In this document: positions 56,412 to 64,000 of the stretch, piece by piece
How the letters are laid out: the number at the start of each line of letters is the position of its first letter
Position numbering within the stretch: the first letter of the stretch is position 1
Source: Thermoplasmatota archaeon
Lineage (GTDB): Archaea > Thermoplasmatota > Thermoplasmata > UBA10834
DNA: 64,000 nucleotides
Assembly: GCA_040751795.1 (NCBI GenBank)
Contig: JBFMHR010000001.1
Location: 424,722-488,721, forward strand
Direction of reading: 5' to 3'
Made by a program: the position numbers and the translations under genes
The notes under the pieces: model-generated
Databases searched by the model: none
What the model was told of the DNA's origin: nothing
The model's input: the letters and a program-made list of their open reading frames with translations, nothing else

Positions 56412-58208
56412 ATGAGGGTTCTCCACGTCGACCTCAAGTCAGGGGCTCTCGAAGGCCGAGAAGTCCCGAAGAAGGACCAGACCGACTACCTCGGAGGCAG
56501 GGGCCTCGCCGCCAAGATGCTCTACGAGGAGAACAAGCCGAGGGTCGACCCGTTCGACCCCGAGAACCGCCTCATATTCATGACGGGGCCCTACACCGGC
56601 ACCTACGGCGCCTTCAGCGCGTTCTACAACGTCACCACCAAGTCGCCCCTGACGGGGGCGATCCTCTCGGCGCACTCGGGCGGCCACTGGGGCCCGATGC
56701 TGAGGAGGACCGGGTACGACGGCATAGTGGTCAGGGGGAGGGCTGCCGCCCCGTCGTACCTGCTCATCAACGACTCCGGGCCCGAGCTGCGCGACGCGGC
56801 CGACCTGTGGGGCAAGGACGTCTTCGAGACCACTTCCACGCTCAAGGCCAGGCACGAGGGCGCGAGGTCCACGGTCATCGGCCCCGCGGGGGAGAGGAGG
56901 TCCCGCTACGCCGCCATAATGAACGACATGCACAGGGCCGCCGGCAGGGGCGGCGTCGGCGCGGTCATGGGCTCCAAGAACCTCAAGGCGGTGGTCGTGC
57001 ACGGCACCAAGGAGGTCCCCCAGGCGGACCCAGAGAAGCTCAAGGAGATCTTCAAGACGGCCACGGCCACGGTGAAGGAGAAGTCCGCTGCGTTCATGAA
57101 GTACGGGACGTCCATGGTCGTGGGCATCACAGGCAAGGCGGGCACCATACCCACCAGGAACCTGCAGACGGGCTACTTCCCCGAGTACGAGAGGATCGGC
57201 GGGGACGCGGTCGTCAACGGGCACAAGAAGAGGGACGTCGCGTGCTACAGGTGCCCCCTGCACTGCGGGAACGTCACGAGGGCGGAGAAGGACTACCATG
57301 TTGAGACCGAGGGGCCGGAGTACGAGACCCTGGCCATGTTCGGGGCCAACATAGGCAACTCGAACCTGGAGTCGATCATCATGGCCAACGACCTCTGCAA
57401 CAGGTACGGCCTCGACACCATATCCTGCGCCGACACGATCGCGTGCGCCTTCGAGCTCTTCGAGAAGGGCATCGTCACGGAGAAGGACACCGGCGGGCTC
57501 AGGCTCGAGTGGGGCGACCACGGGGCGATGGTCAGGCTCGTGGAGATGACGGGCAGGGGAGAGGGCTTCGGCGCGATGGTCGGGGAGGGCTCGAGGAGGC
57601 TCACCGAACGATACGGGCCCGAGGCGGCGCAGTACGCCATGAACGTCAAGGGCATGGAGTTCCCCGGCTACGACCCGCGCGGCATCCAGGGGATGGGCCT
57701 CGCCTTCGCGACCTCCACCCGCGGCGCGTGCCACCTCAGGGCGACCATGTACGTGCCCGAGCTGTTCCAGGGCGTCCTGGACCGGTTCACGGTCAAGGGC
57801 AAGGCCAAGCCGCTCAAGGAGCTCCAGGAGCTCTTCACCGTCATGGACAACCTCATCCTGTGCAAGTTCGGCGGGAGGAACGCCTTCGCCAACTCGTGGG
57901 ACAACATGGTCTCCCTCGCCAACGCGGCCACCGGGTCCGGCTACACCGCCGATGCGCTGAAACAGGTCGGGGCGCGCTCGTGGACCGTGGAGAGGCTCTT
58001 CAACCTCAGGGAGGGGCTCGGGAGGAAGGACGACACCCTCCCCGACAGGCTCTTCACCCTGCCGATACACGACGGCCCCTCGAAGGGGGCCGTGGTCAAC
58101 AGGGCGGACTTCGAGGCCGAGCTCGAGGCGTACTACGGGCTGTGGGGCTGGGACTCGCAGGGGGTCCCCACCAGGGAGGCGCTGGCGGCCCTCGGCATCA
58201 CATTCTGA
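56412..58208 (+). CDS. aor: Aldehyde:ferredoxin oxidoreductase family (W-pterin)
   Basis: YLGGRGL, KSPLTG, RAAGRGGVGAVMGSKNLKA, CYRCPLHC, GPEYET, GLDTIS, RGACH, ERLFN. Confidence 0.94.
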   Translation: MRVLHVDLKSGALEGREVPKKDQTDYLGGRGLAAKMLYEENKPRVDPFDPENRLIFMTGPYTGTYGAFSAFYNVTTKSPLTGAILSAHSGGHWGPMLRRTGYDGIVVRGRAAAPSYLLINDSGPELRDAADLWGKDVFETTSTLKARHEGARSTVIGPAGERRSRYAAIMNDMHRAAGRGGVGAVMGSKNLKAVVVHGTKEVPQADPEKLKEIFKTATATVKEKSAAFMKYGTSMVVGITGKAGTIPTRNLQTGYFPEYERIGGDAVVNGHKKRDVACYRCPLHCGNVTRAEKDYHVETEGPEYETLAMFGANIGNSNLESIIMANDLCNRYGLDTISCADTIACAFELFEKGIVTEKDTGGLRLEWGDHGAMVRLVEMTGRGEGFGAMVGEGSRRLTERYGPEAAQYAMNVKGMEFPGYDPRGIQGMGLAFATSTRGACHLRATMYVPELFQGVLDRFTVKGKAKPLKELQELFTVMDNLILCKFGGRNAFANSWDNMVSLANAATGSGYTADALKQVGARSWTVERLFNLREGLGRKDDTLPDRLFTLPIHDGPSKGAVVNRADFEAELEAYYGLWGWDSQGVPTREALAALGITF

Positions 58209-58304
58209 GCCCGCGTCCCCCGTTCATATAGCCAGGGGGCGTTATCAGGTGCGATAACCGATGGGCTCTGTTTATAACGCCCTTGAGACCTATTCACGCC
58301 CCAG

Positions 58305-59225
58305 GTGTCTCACTTGATAGAAGCCAAAGGCCTTGTCAAGGACTTCAGGACGGTCAGGGCCCTGGACGACGTCTGCCTCAACGTCGGCAGGGGCGAGATA
58401 TTCGGGTTCTTCGGACCCAACGGGGCGGGCAAGACCACCTGCATCCGCGCCCTCTGCGGCCTCACGAGGCCGACTCAGGGCTCGGCCGACGTCCTGGGCA
58501 TCGACGTCGTCCGCCACCCCGTGCGCGTGCGCGACAACGTCGCCATCATGAGCGAGGAGACCCGGTTCTACGAGGAGATGACCCCGAGGAGGTACCTCCA
58601 CATGTTCGCCAAGCTCATGCTCATGTCCAAGGTGGAGAGGCTGAGGGCGCTCGACCTCGCGTCGGGCCTCGCCGACCTCGGGACCTTCATCGACAGGCCG
58701 ATATCGCAGCTCTCCCAGGGCCAGCGCCAGAGGGTGTCCCTCGCCAGGGTGCTCATGGCCGAGGCGCCGCTCCTGTTCCTCGACGAGCCCTTCGAGGGCA
58801 TCGACATAATGCACAGGAAGAGGCTCAGGGAGTACCTCAGGGACTACGTCTCGAAGGGGAACACCGTCTTCTTCACGTCGCACAACCTGATCGAGGCCGA
58901 GCACATTGTCGACAGGTTCGCGTTCATCAACAAGGGGAAGCTCACGGCCGTCGGCACGGCCGACGAGCTCAAGGAGAAGTACCTCCTGCCGATGTACACC
59001 CTCCACGTCTCCGACCCCCAGAGGGCCATGGAGGTCATCGACTGCGGCATGAAGGTCCAGAACATCAAGGTCGTCGACGGGAACGTCGTCGTCATGCTCC
59101 GCAAGCGGAACGACGCCGCCGAGGCGTCCAGGCTGGTGGTGCAGGCGGGGATAGACCTGTTCGAGATCAAGGCCGCGGGCACGATGGAGGACGTCTTCGA
59201 GCGCACCGCGAGGGGTGGTTTCTGA
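58305..59225 (+). CDS. ABC-2 type transporter ATP-binding protein
   Basis: GPNGAGKTT, LSQGQRQR, LFLDEP, SH loop. Confidence 0.93.
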   Translation: MSHLIEAKGLVKDFRTVRALDDVCLNVGRGEIFGFFGPNGAGKTTCIRALCGLTRPTQGSADVLGIDVVRHPVRVRDNVAIMSEETRFYEEMTPRRYLHMFAKLMLMSKVERLRALDLASGLADLGTFIDRPISQLSQGQRQRVSLARVLMAEAPLLFLDEPFEGIDIMHRKRLREYLRDYVSKGNTVFFTSHNLIEAEHIVDRFAFINKGKLTAVGTADELKEKYLLPMYTLHVSDPQRAMEVIDCGMKVQNIKVVDGNVVVMLRKRNDAAEASRLVVQAGIDLFEIKAAGTMEDVFERTARGGF

Positions 59226-61198
59226 TGTCCGAGGAGCCGCTGCCCCCGCCGGACGAGGAGCTCCCCGTCCCTCCCCAGGAGCCGGAGCCGCCGCAGGAGC
59301 CGGAGCCGCCGCAGGAGCCGGAGCCCCCGAGGGAGCCCGAGCCGCCGGCCGAGCCTGAGCCGCCGCGAGAGCCGGGGCCCCCGCCGGAGGCCCCGCGCGG
59401 GCCCGACCAGTACTCCGAGCTGAAGCTCAGGAGGTCCGGGCCCCTCTCCACGCTCAGGAGGGCGGCCACCATATTCCACAAGGACCTGGGGACGATGGCG
59501 AAGCACGGGCTCATCAGCTCGATCATAGTCGCCGTGTTCCTCGGGATAGTCTTCTCGGTCGCCAGCTACTCGATGTCCATCGCCCTCACCATCGACTTCG
59601 GCGAGGGGGATGGCGACGGCGGCGACGGGATCGATCTTCCGGGAGCGACGGAAGGGATACCGCCTGTCGCTGACGCGGGGGCCGACAGGACCGTCGAGGC
59701 GGGCACGCTCGTCACTCTGGACGGGTCCGGGTCCACGGACAACGCGGACATCGTCTACTACGCGTGGTACTTCGAGGAGAGCTTCGTCGAGGTCGACCTC
59801 TACGGCGAGGTCGCGACCCACAGCTTCATGGCCGTCGGCGAGTACAACATCACCCTGACGGTCGTGGACAGCTCGTGGAACATGGACGAGGACAGCTTCA
59901 TGCTCACTGTCGAGAGGTCCGGCACGGACGCGGAATGGCCTGTGGCCGACGCCGGACAGGATCTCGATGTGATGGCCGGAGCCACCGTCGTACTGGACGC
60001 CTCCAACTCGACCGACAACGTCGGGATAGTCGAGTGGACATGGTCCTTCCACGACGTCGTCCCGCGCGTGCTCCACGGCGAGACGGTCAGCTACACATTC
60101 CTCAACGCGAACAACTGGGAGGGGTACTGGGGGACCCTCGTCGTGAGGGACGCCTCCGGCAACACCGCGATGGACGACTTCAACGTCAGGGTGAACCCGA
60201 CTGGCACCGACTACAACCAGCCCTCCGCCCAGTTCGACTCCGACCCCGTCGTCATGATCGGGGACGACGTGACCCTGGACGCTTCCAGCTCCTTCGACTA
60301 CGACAGCATGATCGCCGACTACACATGGTACATCAAGCACAACGAGACGGAGTGGACCCTCAGCGGCCAGGTCACGAGCTTCGAGGCCGACGAGTGGGGC
60401 CCGTACGAGATCATCCTCGCGGTCCGCGACATGTCCGGGAACGTGGCCACCACGGACCGGATGGTCATAGCCCTCCCCGAGGGCTTCGACATCGACCAGG
60501 TCTCGTGGGCCGCGACGCCGTTCGGCCAGGACGTGTCGTTCAACCTCCTGACCTACGCGTACGGCATGTCCCTGCTGGCGTCGGTGATCTACATCGCCGG
60601 GCTCTTCGGCAAGGGCTTCGCCCACGAGGTGCAGAAGGGGACCATCAAGGCCCTCTTCTTCGGGCCGGTCTCCGTGACCACGGTGATCTTCTCGAAGCTC
60701 CTGTACCCGATAGCCATCGGGCCCCTGTTCATCTACCCGCTGGTGGTCATCGGGATGACGCCGTTCAACCAGGACCTCGGCGACATACTCCTCATCGCGA
60801 CGGTGTCCTACCTGCTGGCGGTGCTCGTGCTCGTCTCCGCCGCCTTCGGGTCGTGCATGATCTACGCAGCGGCGAAGAGGATGGTCCTCAAGCCCACGGT
60901 CGTCACCAGGGTGTTCATGTACCTCTCCCTCGTCGCCACGATGACCGTGTTCGAGTGGCTGTCGTTCCTGATGGACATGCAGTTCGAGACGGAGCAGTGG
61001 GGCGACATGTACCTCGACTACGGGGGCGCCGTCGCGCTGCTCTCGCCCTTCCACCAGGGAGGGCTCCTGCTGTCGGACCTGATACTCCAGAGCGGGGCGT
61101 CCCCCGACTGGTGGGTGTTCGCGATACCCGCGGCGCTCATAGTCGGCGGGGTCCTGGCGTCAAGGAGGCTGTACCCCGACCTGTTCTCGAGGGAGTGA
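59225..61198 (+). CDS. ABC-2 type permease with three PKD domains inserted after TM1
   Basis: TGATG overlap with the ATPase; IFHKDL; TM1; PVADAG...LDGSGSTD, PVADAG...LDASNSTD, PSAQF...LDASSSFD; FAHEVQKGTIKALFFGPVS...SKL; further TMs. Confidence 0.88.
   Translation: MSEEPLPPPDEELPVPPQEPEPPQEPEPPQEPEPPREPEPPAEPEPPREPGPPPEAPRGPDQYSELKLRRSGPLSTLRRAATIFHKDLGTMAKHGLISSIIVAVFLGIVFSVASYSMSIALTIDFGEGDGDGGDGIDLPGATEGIPPVADAGADRTVEAGTLVTLDGSGSTDNADIVYYAWYFEESFVEVDLYGEVATHSFMAVGEYNITLTVVDSSWNMDEDSFMLTVERSGTDAEWPVADAGQDLDVMAGATVVLDASNSTDNVGIVEWTWSFHDVVPRVLHGETVSYTFLNANNWEGYWGTLVVRDASGNTAMDDFNVRVNPTGTDYNQPSAQFDSDPVVMIGDDVTLDASSSFDYDSMIADYTWYIKHNETEWTLSGQVTSFEADEWGPYEIILAVRDMSGNVATTDRMVIALPEGFDIDQVSWAATPFGQDVSFNLLTYAYGMSLLASVIYIAGLFGKGFAHEVQKGTIKALFFGPVSVTTVIFSKLLYPIAIGPLFIYPLVVIGMTPFNQDLGDILLIATVSYLLAVLVLVSAAFGSCMIYAAAKRMVLKPTVVTRVFMYLSLVATMTVFEWLSFLMDMQFETEQWGDMYLDYGGAVALLSPFHQGGLLLSDLILQSGASPDWWVFAIPAALIVGGVLASRRLYPDLFSRE
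59270..59383 (+). repeat. 18-bp coding tandem repeat PP(Q/R/A)EP(E/G), about 6 copies
   Basis: ccgcaggagccggagccg units. Confidence 0.85.
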
Positions 61199-61214
61199 GG
61201 GCATCGAAGGGTTA

Positions 61215-61613
61215 ATGTCAACCTCAGCGATAGCCAGGCCCGTGAAGGTCTGCATCCCCTGCGACGCGCCGGGAGGCCCGGACGCGGCCATCGCGTCGGC
61301 CTTCGAGGAGACGCCGCTGCTCGACTACTACGAGGTGCACCCGGACGGGATGTTCGAGCATACCTCCCAGGCCAGGAACTGCGGCGCGGCGACCTGCGTC
61401 GACCCCGTCGACGCGATCATAGGCAGGGGTGTCGAGGCGGTCGTGGTGACCTCCCTCTCGCCCTCGTCCCTCATGAGGTTCCACAACGCGGGGGTCAAGG
61501 TCCTTGTCACGGACAACCCATCCGTCAGGGCGACCCTGGACATGCTGGCGGCCGGCGAGCTTCAGGAGCTCAAGATGGACATGTTCGCCGAGCTCGGCAA
61601 GGTGAAGAACTAG
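61215..61613 (+). CDS. NifB/NifX-family (dinitrogenase FeMo-co biosynthesis domain) small protein
   Basis: KVCIP...IASAFEETP...GVEAVVV...FHNAGVKV...VRATL...GEL. Confidence 0.78.
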   Translation: MSTSAIARPVKVCIPCDAPGGPDAAIASAFEETPLLDYYEVHPDGMFEHTSQARNCGAATCVDPVDAIIGRGVEAVVVTSLSPSSLMRFHNAGVKVLVTDNPSVRATLDMLAAGELQELKMDMFAELGKVKN

Positions 61614-61644
61614 GGGTTTTGGATAAGGCGTTTCCTCTGAAGGT

Positions 61645-62094
61645 TCAGAGCGAGCCGAGCTTTGCCTTGTTGGACAGGTTCTCCTTCGCCATCCGCTCGA
61701 GGATGCGGACCGCCCCGTGCAGGATGTTCTTGGCGGTCCTCGCTGTGTCGACATAGAACCTGGCGGAGGTCTCCTCGACCTTCGCCGCATATGCGGCGGC
61801 GACCTTGGCGCCCGCCCCCTTCGGGACGGCGGTGTCGACCGCGTAGTCCGCGCCCCTGATGTCCGATATCGGCTCAAGGACCGCCTCGTTCAGCTTCTCC
61901 CTGCGCGTCTCCTCCAGGAGCGCTATGCGCCCCCTGTGGTCCTCCGCGAGCGCCCTGAAGGCCTCGGCCCCCGCGGCGCACGACGGGTCCGCCGCGAGCT
62001 CCTCGTAGACCGCCGCGGCGACCCTCTCCAGCTCGAGCGCGAACCGGACGAGGGTGCCGAAGGTCGTTATCTCGGGGAACTCGCCCTGGACCAT
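61645..62094 (-). CDS. Ferritin-like/rubrerythrin-domain protein
   Basis: FALELERVAAAVYEELA...LAEDH...AAKVEETSARFY...MAKEN; TGATG coupling to mmsA. Confidence 0.75.
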   Translation of the reverse strand: MVQGEFPEITTFGTLVRFALELERVAAAVYEELAADPSCAAGAEAFRALAEDHRGRIALLEETRREKLNEAVLEPISDIRGADYAVDTAVPKGAGAKVAAAYAAKVEETSARFYVDTARTAKNILHGAVRILERMAKENLSNKAKLGSL

Positions 62095-63575
62095 CAGAAC
62101 CACCGGGTTATGACGACCTTCCTGTCCGTGAAGAACTGCACGGCGTCCTTGCCCTGGCCGTGGAGGTCGCCGAAGAACGAGCCCTTGTACCCCGCGAAGG
62201 GGAAGTAGGCCATCGCGGCGGCGATGCCGACGTTGATGCCTATGTTCCCGCACTGGGTCTTGTACCTGAACTCGCGCGCCCACTTGCCGTTCTGGGTGTA
62301 GATCGAGGAGGCGTTGCCGAACGGGCTCCTGTGTATGAACTCGATCGCCTCGTCGAGGTTCTTCATCCTGTGGAAGCAGACGACCGGGCCGAAGATCTCC
62401 TCCTTCGCGATGGCCATGTCTGGCGTCACATCGTCGAACACGGTCGGGCCGATGAAGTGCCCCTTCTCGTACCCCGGGACCTTGATGTCCCTGCCGTCAA
62501 GGAGGAGCTTCGCGCCCTCGTCCACGCCCTTCTGGATGTAGCCAAGGACCTTCTCCTTGGCCGCTGCGGAGACGACCGGCCCCATCTGGGAGCTCTCGTC
62601 CAGGCCGCAGCCGACCTTGAGGTTCTTCGACGCGTCGAGCCACTTCTTGAGGAGCGGCTCCGCGACGTCCCCGATGGCGATCATGTTGGAGCCCGCGAGG
62701 CACCTCTGGCCCGCGCACCCGTAGAACGATGCCAGCATGTTGTTGACCGTCTTGTCGAGGACCGCGTCGGGCATGATTATGAGGGAGTTCTTGGCGCCGC
62801 CCTGCGCCTGCACCCTCTTGCCCCTCTCCGCGGCGGTCTTGTATATCCACTTCGCGACGGGCGTCGAGCCGACGAACGAGACGCCCTTGACGTCCTTGTG
62901 GTCGAAGAAGGTGTTGACCGCGTCCTCCCTGCCGTTCACCAGGCTGATCACGCCCGGCGGGAAGCCCGCCTGGTCGATCAGCTTGAACATGTACTGGGTC
63001 GTGATGGGCACCTGCTCCGACGGCTTAACTATGAACATGTTGCCCGTGGCGACCGCGTACGGCCAGAACCAGAAGGGCACCATGCCCGGGAAGTTGAAGG
63101 GGCATATGCCCGCGAACACCCCGAGCGGGGAGATGATTACCTCCTCGTCGATGTTGGAGGCGGCCCCGTCCTCGAGGTTGTAGCCCATCTGCAGCGAGGT
63201 TATCCCCGCCGCCACGTCCACGTTGTCTATACACCTGCGGGTCTCGCCCCTCGCGTCGTCGATCGTCTTGCCCTGCTCCTGGGAGATGATCCTCGCGATG
63301 TTCTCGTACTCGCGCTCCATTATGGTCTTGAGCTTGAAGAAGCACCTGGTCCTGTCGCCGGGGGCCGTCTCCCTCCAGCTCCACCAGGCATCCTGGGCCG
63401 TCTCTATGGCGGCCCTGGTCTCGTCCGCCGTCGAGAGCGGGACCTGGGCTATGACATCGGTAGTCGCCGGGTTCCTCACGTCGAGGGCCTTGGACGAGCC
63501 GGAGTCGACCCACTCCCCGTTCACGTAGTTCTTCAGTCTCCCGTAGTTCCTGCTAACTGGATCCAGCACAGCCAT
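62094..63575 (-). CDS. mmsA: CoA-acylating (methyl)malonate-semialdehyde dehydrogenase
   Basis: PFNFP, KPSE, FVGSTP, QAQGGAKN, GCAGQRCLA, EEIFGPV, FFGDLHGQGKD, KVVITRW. Confidence 0.94.
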   Translation of the reverse strand: MAVLDPVSRNYGRLKNYVNGEWVDSGSSKALDVRNPATTDVIAQVPLSTADETRAAIETAQDAWWSWRETAPGDRTRCFFKLKTIMEREYENIARIISQEQGKTIDDARGETRRCIDNVDVAAGITSLQMGYNLEDGAASNIDEEVIISPLGVFAGICPFNFPGMVPFWFWPYAVATGNMFIVKPSEQVPITTQYMFKLIDQAGFPPGVISLVNGREDAVNTFFDHKDVKGVSFVGSTPVAKWIYKTAAERGKRVQAQGGAKNSLIIMPDAVLDKTVNNMLASFYGCAGQRCLAGSNMIAIGDVAEPLLKKWLDASKNLKVGCGLDESSQMGPVVSAAAKEKVLGYIQKGVDEGAKLLLDGRDIKVPGYEKGHFIGPTVFDDVTPDMAIAKEEIFGPVVCFHRMKNLDEAIEFIHRSPFGNASSIYTQNGKWAREFRYKTQCGNIGINVGIAAAMAYFPFAGYKGSFFGDLHGQGKDAVQFFTDRKVVITRWF

Positions 63576-63667
63576 CCTATCGATTCCTCTTGGTCGTCAG
63601 ACCGGTCTCACAGCGTCTGAGCCGAGCCTGCGCCGCAGGCGGACGGAGGAACGACGACCCCCCTCAT
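63576..63667 (-). promoter_or_regulatory. Structured mmsA leader with uORF MRGVVVPPSACGAGSAQTL* (63667-63608)
   Basis: Three consecutive Val codons. ggtcgtc pairs with gacgacc, and the overlapping gtcgttcctc pairs with the SD region gaggaatcgat. Confidence 0.45.
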
Positions 63668-63756
63668 ACAGGTTCGCCTGCGACAACGGACTCCCGTCAA
63701 CATTTCGCCGCATAGTTCGCAATATGTTCGACTCAGGGCCCCCTATTCCGAGGTTA

Positions 63757-64000
63757 CATTCTACGGATGAGGTCCAGTTTTGCCAGAATGTGCTCCCTCT
63801 GTATATACGTTTTGGTGCGCCTGGCTCCGCGGCCAGCGCAGGGGCGGGACGAAAACACGGGAAGTGGTTTGGCGAAGGGGATGGTATGTAGAAGAGGTCC
63901 CTCGTCTATATCGAATGTGGTGAACAACGATGAGACGAGAGACCATGGTATATGTGGGCCTGGACGTACATAAAGAATTCTGCCAAGCTTGTGTCATCGA
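63757..64000 (+). mobile_element. IS110-family element, left end (boundary approximate)
   Basis: Composition shift to lower GC; about 170 nt of non-coding sequence with hairpins and a TATA; then the transposase N-terminus. Confidence 0.7.
63930..64000 (+). CDS. IS110 (DEDD) transposase, 3'-truncated by the window edge
   Basis: (MRRET)MVYVGLDVHKEFCQACVI, the hallmark IS110 N-terminal GxDxHK motif with the first catalytic Asp; GGTGA SD at 63919. Confidence 0.85.
   Translation, partial: MRRETMVYVGLDVHKEFCQACVI

Noticed and set aside
58283-59224. N-terminal 314 aa of the 971-aa ORF 58283-61198
   Set aside because: Overlaps the ABC ATPase in another frame; the permease starts at ATG 59225 via a TGATG overlap.
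61215-61613. Nitrogen fixation inferred from the NifB/NifX-like gene
   Set aside because: The domain is widespread in non-diazotrophic archaea; no nifHDK in the window.
3362-63620. Many long alternative-frame or antisense ORFs (e.g. 3362-5230, 14045-16006, 25128-27284, 34441-36723, 49235-51760, 58844-61054)
   Set aside because: Arg/Gly/Pro-rich or antisense shadows of well-supported genes, expected from high GC3; no motifs.
63715-63729. GTTC-N7-GTTC resembling an alphaproteobacterial LexA box; cgaac words also occur upstream of katA, mttB and aor
   Set aside because: Archaeal context with no LexA evidence; spacing is not consistent between sites, so no regulon can be claimed.
63764-63856. 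Hammerhead-like words (cggatgag gtcc ... ggac gaaa)
   Set aside because: The core reads CGGAUGAG rather than CUGANGA, stem II is out of register, and no stems I/III were found.
63761-63997. ORFs 63761-63997 (-) and 63767-63973 (+)
   Set aside because: No coding signal; they overlap the IS110 non-coding end and the transposase start, which is in a different frame.
1-64000. tRNA, rRNA or selenocysteine recoding
   Set aside because: No cloverleaf or rRNA-like tract seen, intergenic gaps are short, and no gene appears interrupted by an in-frame TGA at a Cys position.

Overview
GC-rich archaeal chromosome segment, most likely from an uncultured Thermoplasmatota lineage. This is inferred from TATA-box promoters, GGTGA/GGAGG Shine-Dalgarno sites, heavy ATA/AGG codon use, a PEF-CTERM archaeosortase signal and many zinc-ribbon membrane proteins. 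About 60 real CDSs can be separated from the many shadow ORFs. The left end (1-~2800, visibly lower GC) holds the 3' part of an RHS/YD polymorphic toxin with an unrecognised C-terminal tip and a likely immunity gene. The core is a protein- and amine-scavenging toolkit: three clostripain-like proteases, M28, M32 and two C45 peptidases, two secreted PHP hydrolases, a Zn phospholipase C, tandem non-pyrrolysine MttB methyltransferases, DDAH, a dehydratase/imine-reductase pair, AOR and MmsA, plus catalase, flavodoxins and a DenV-like glycosylase. Unusual items are two single-chain DppB-DppC fusions lacking EAA coupling loops, an ABC-2 permease carrying three PKD domains, a doubly anchored surface protein with GxxNGx repeats, and a Val-Val-Val leader peptide with mutually exclusive helices over the mmsA ribosome-binding site. 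At the extreme right is the start of an IS110 transposase that the ORF track missed, preceded by a structured non-coding end that is a candidate archaeal bridge RNA. No rRNA, tRNA or CRISPR array was seen. All family assignments come from motifs read by eye; no searches were run.
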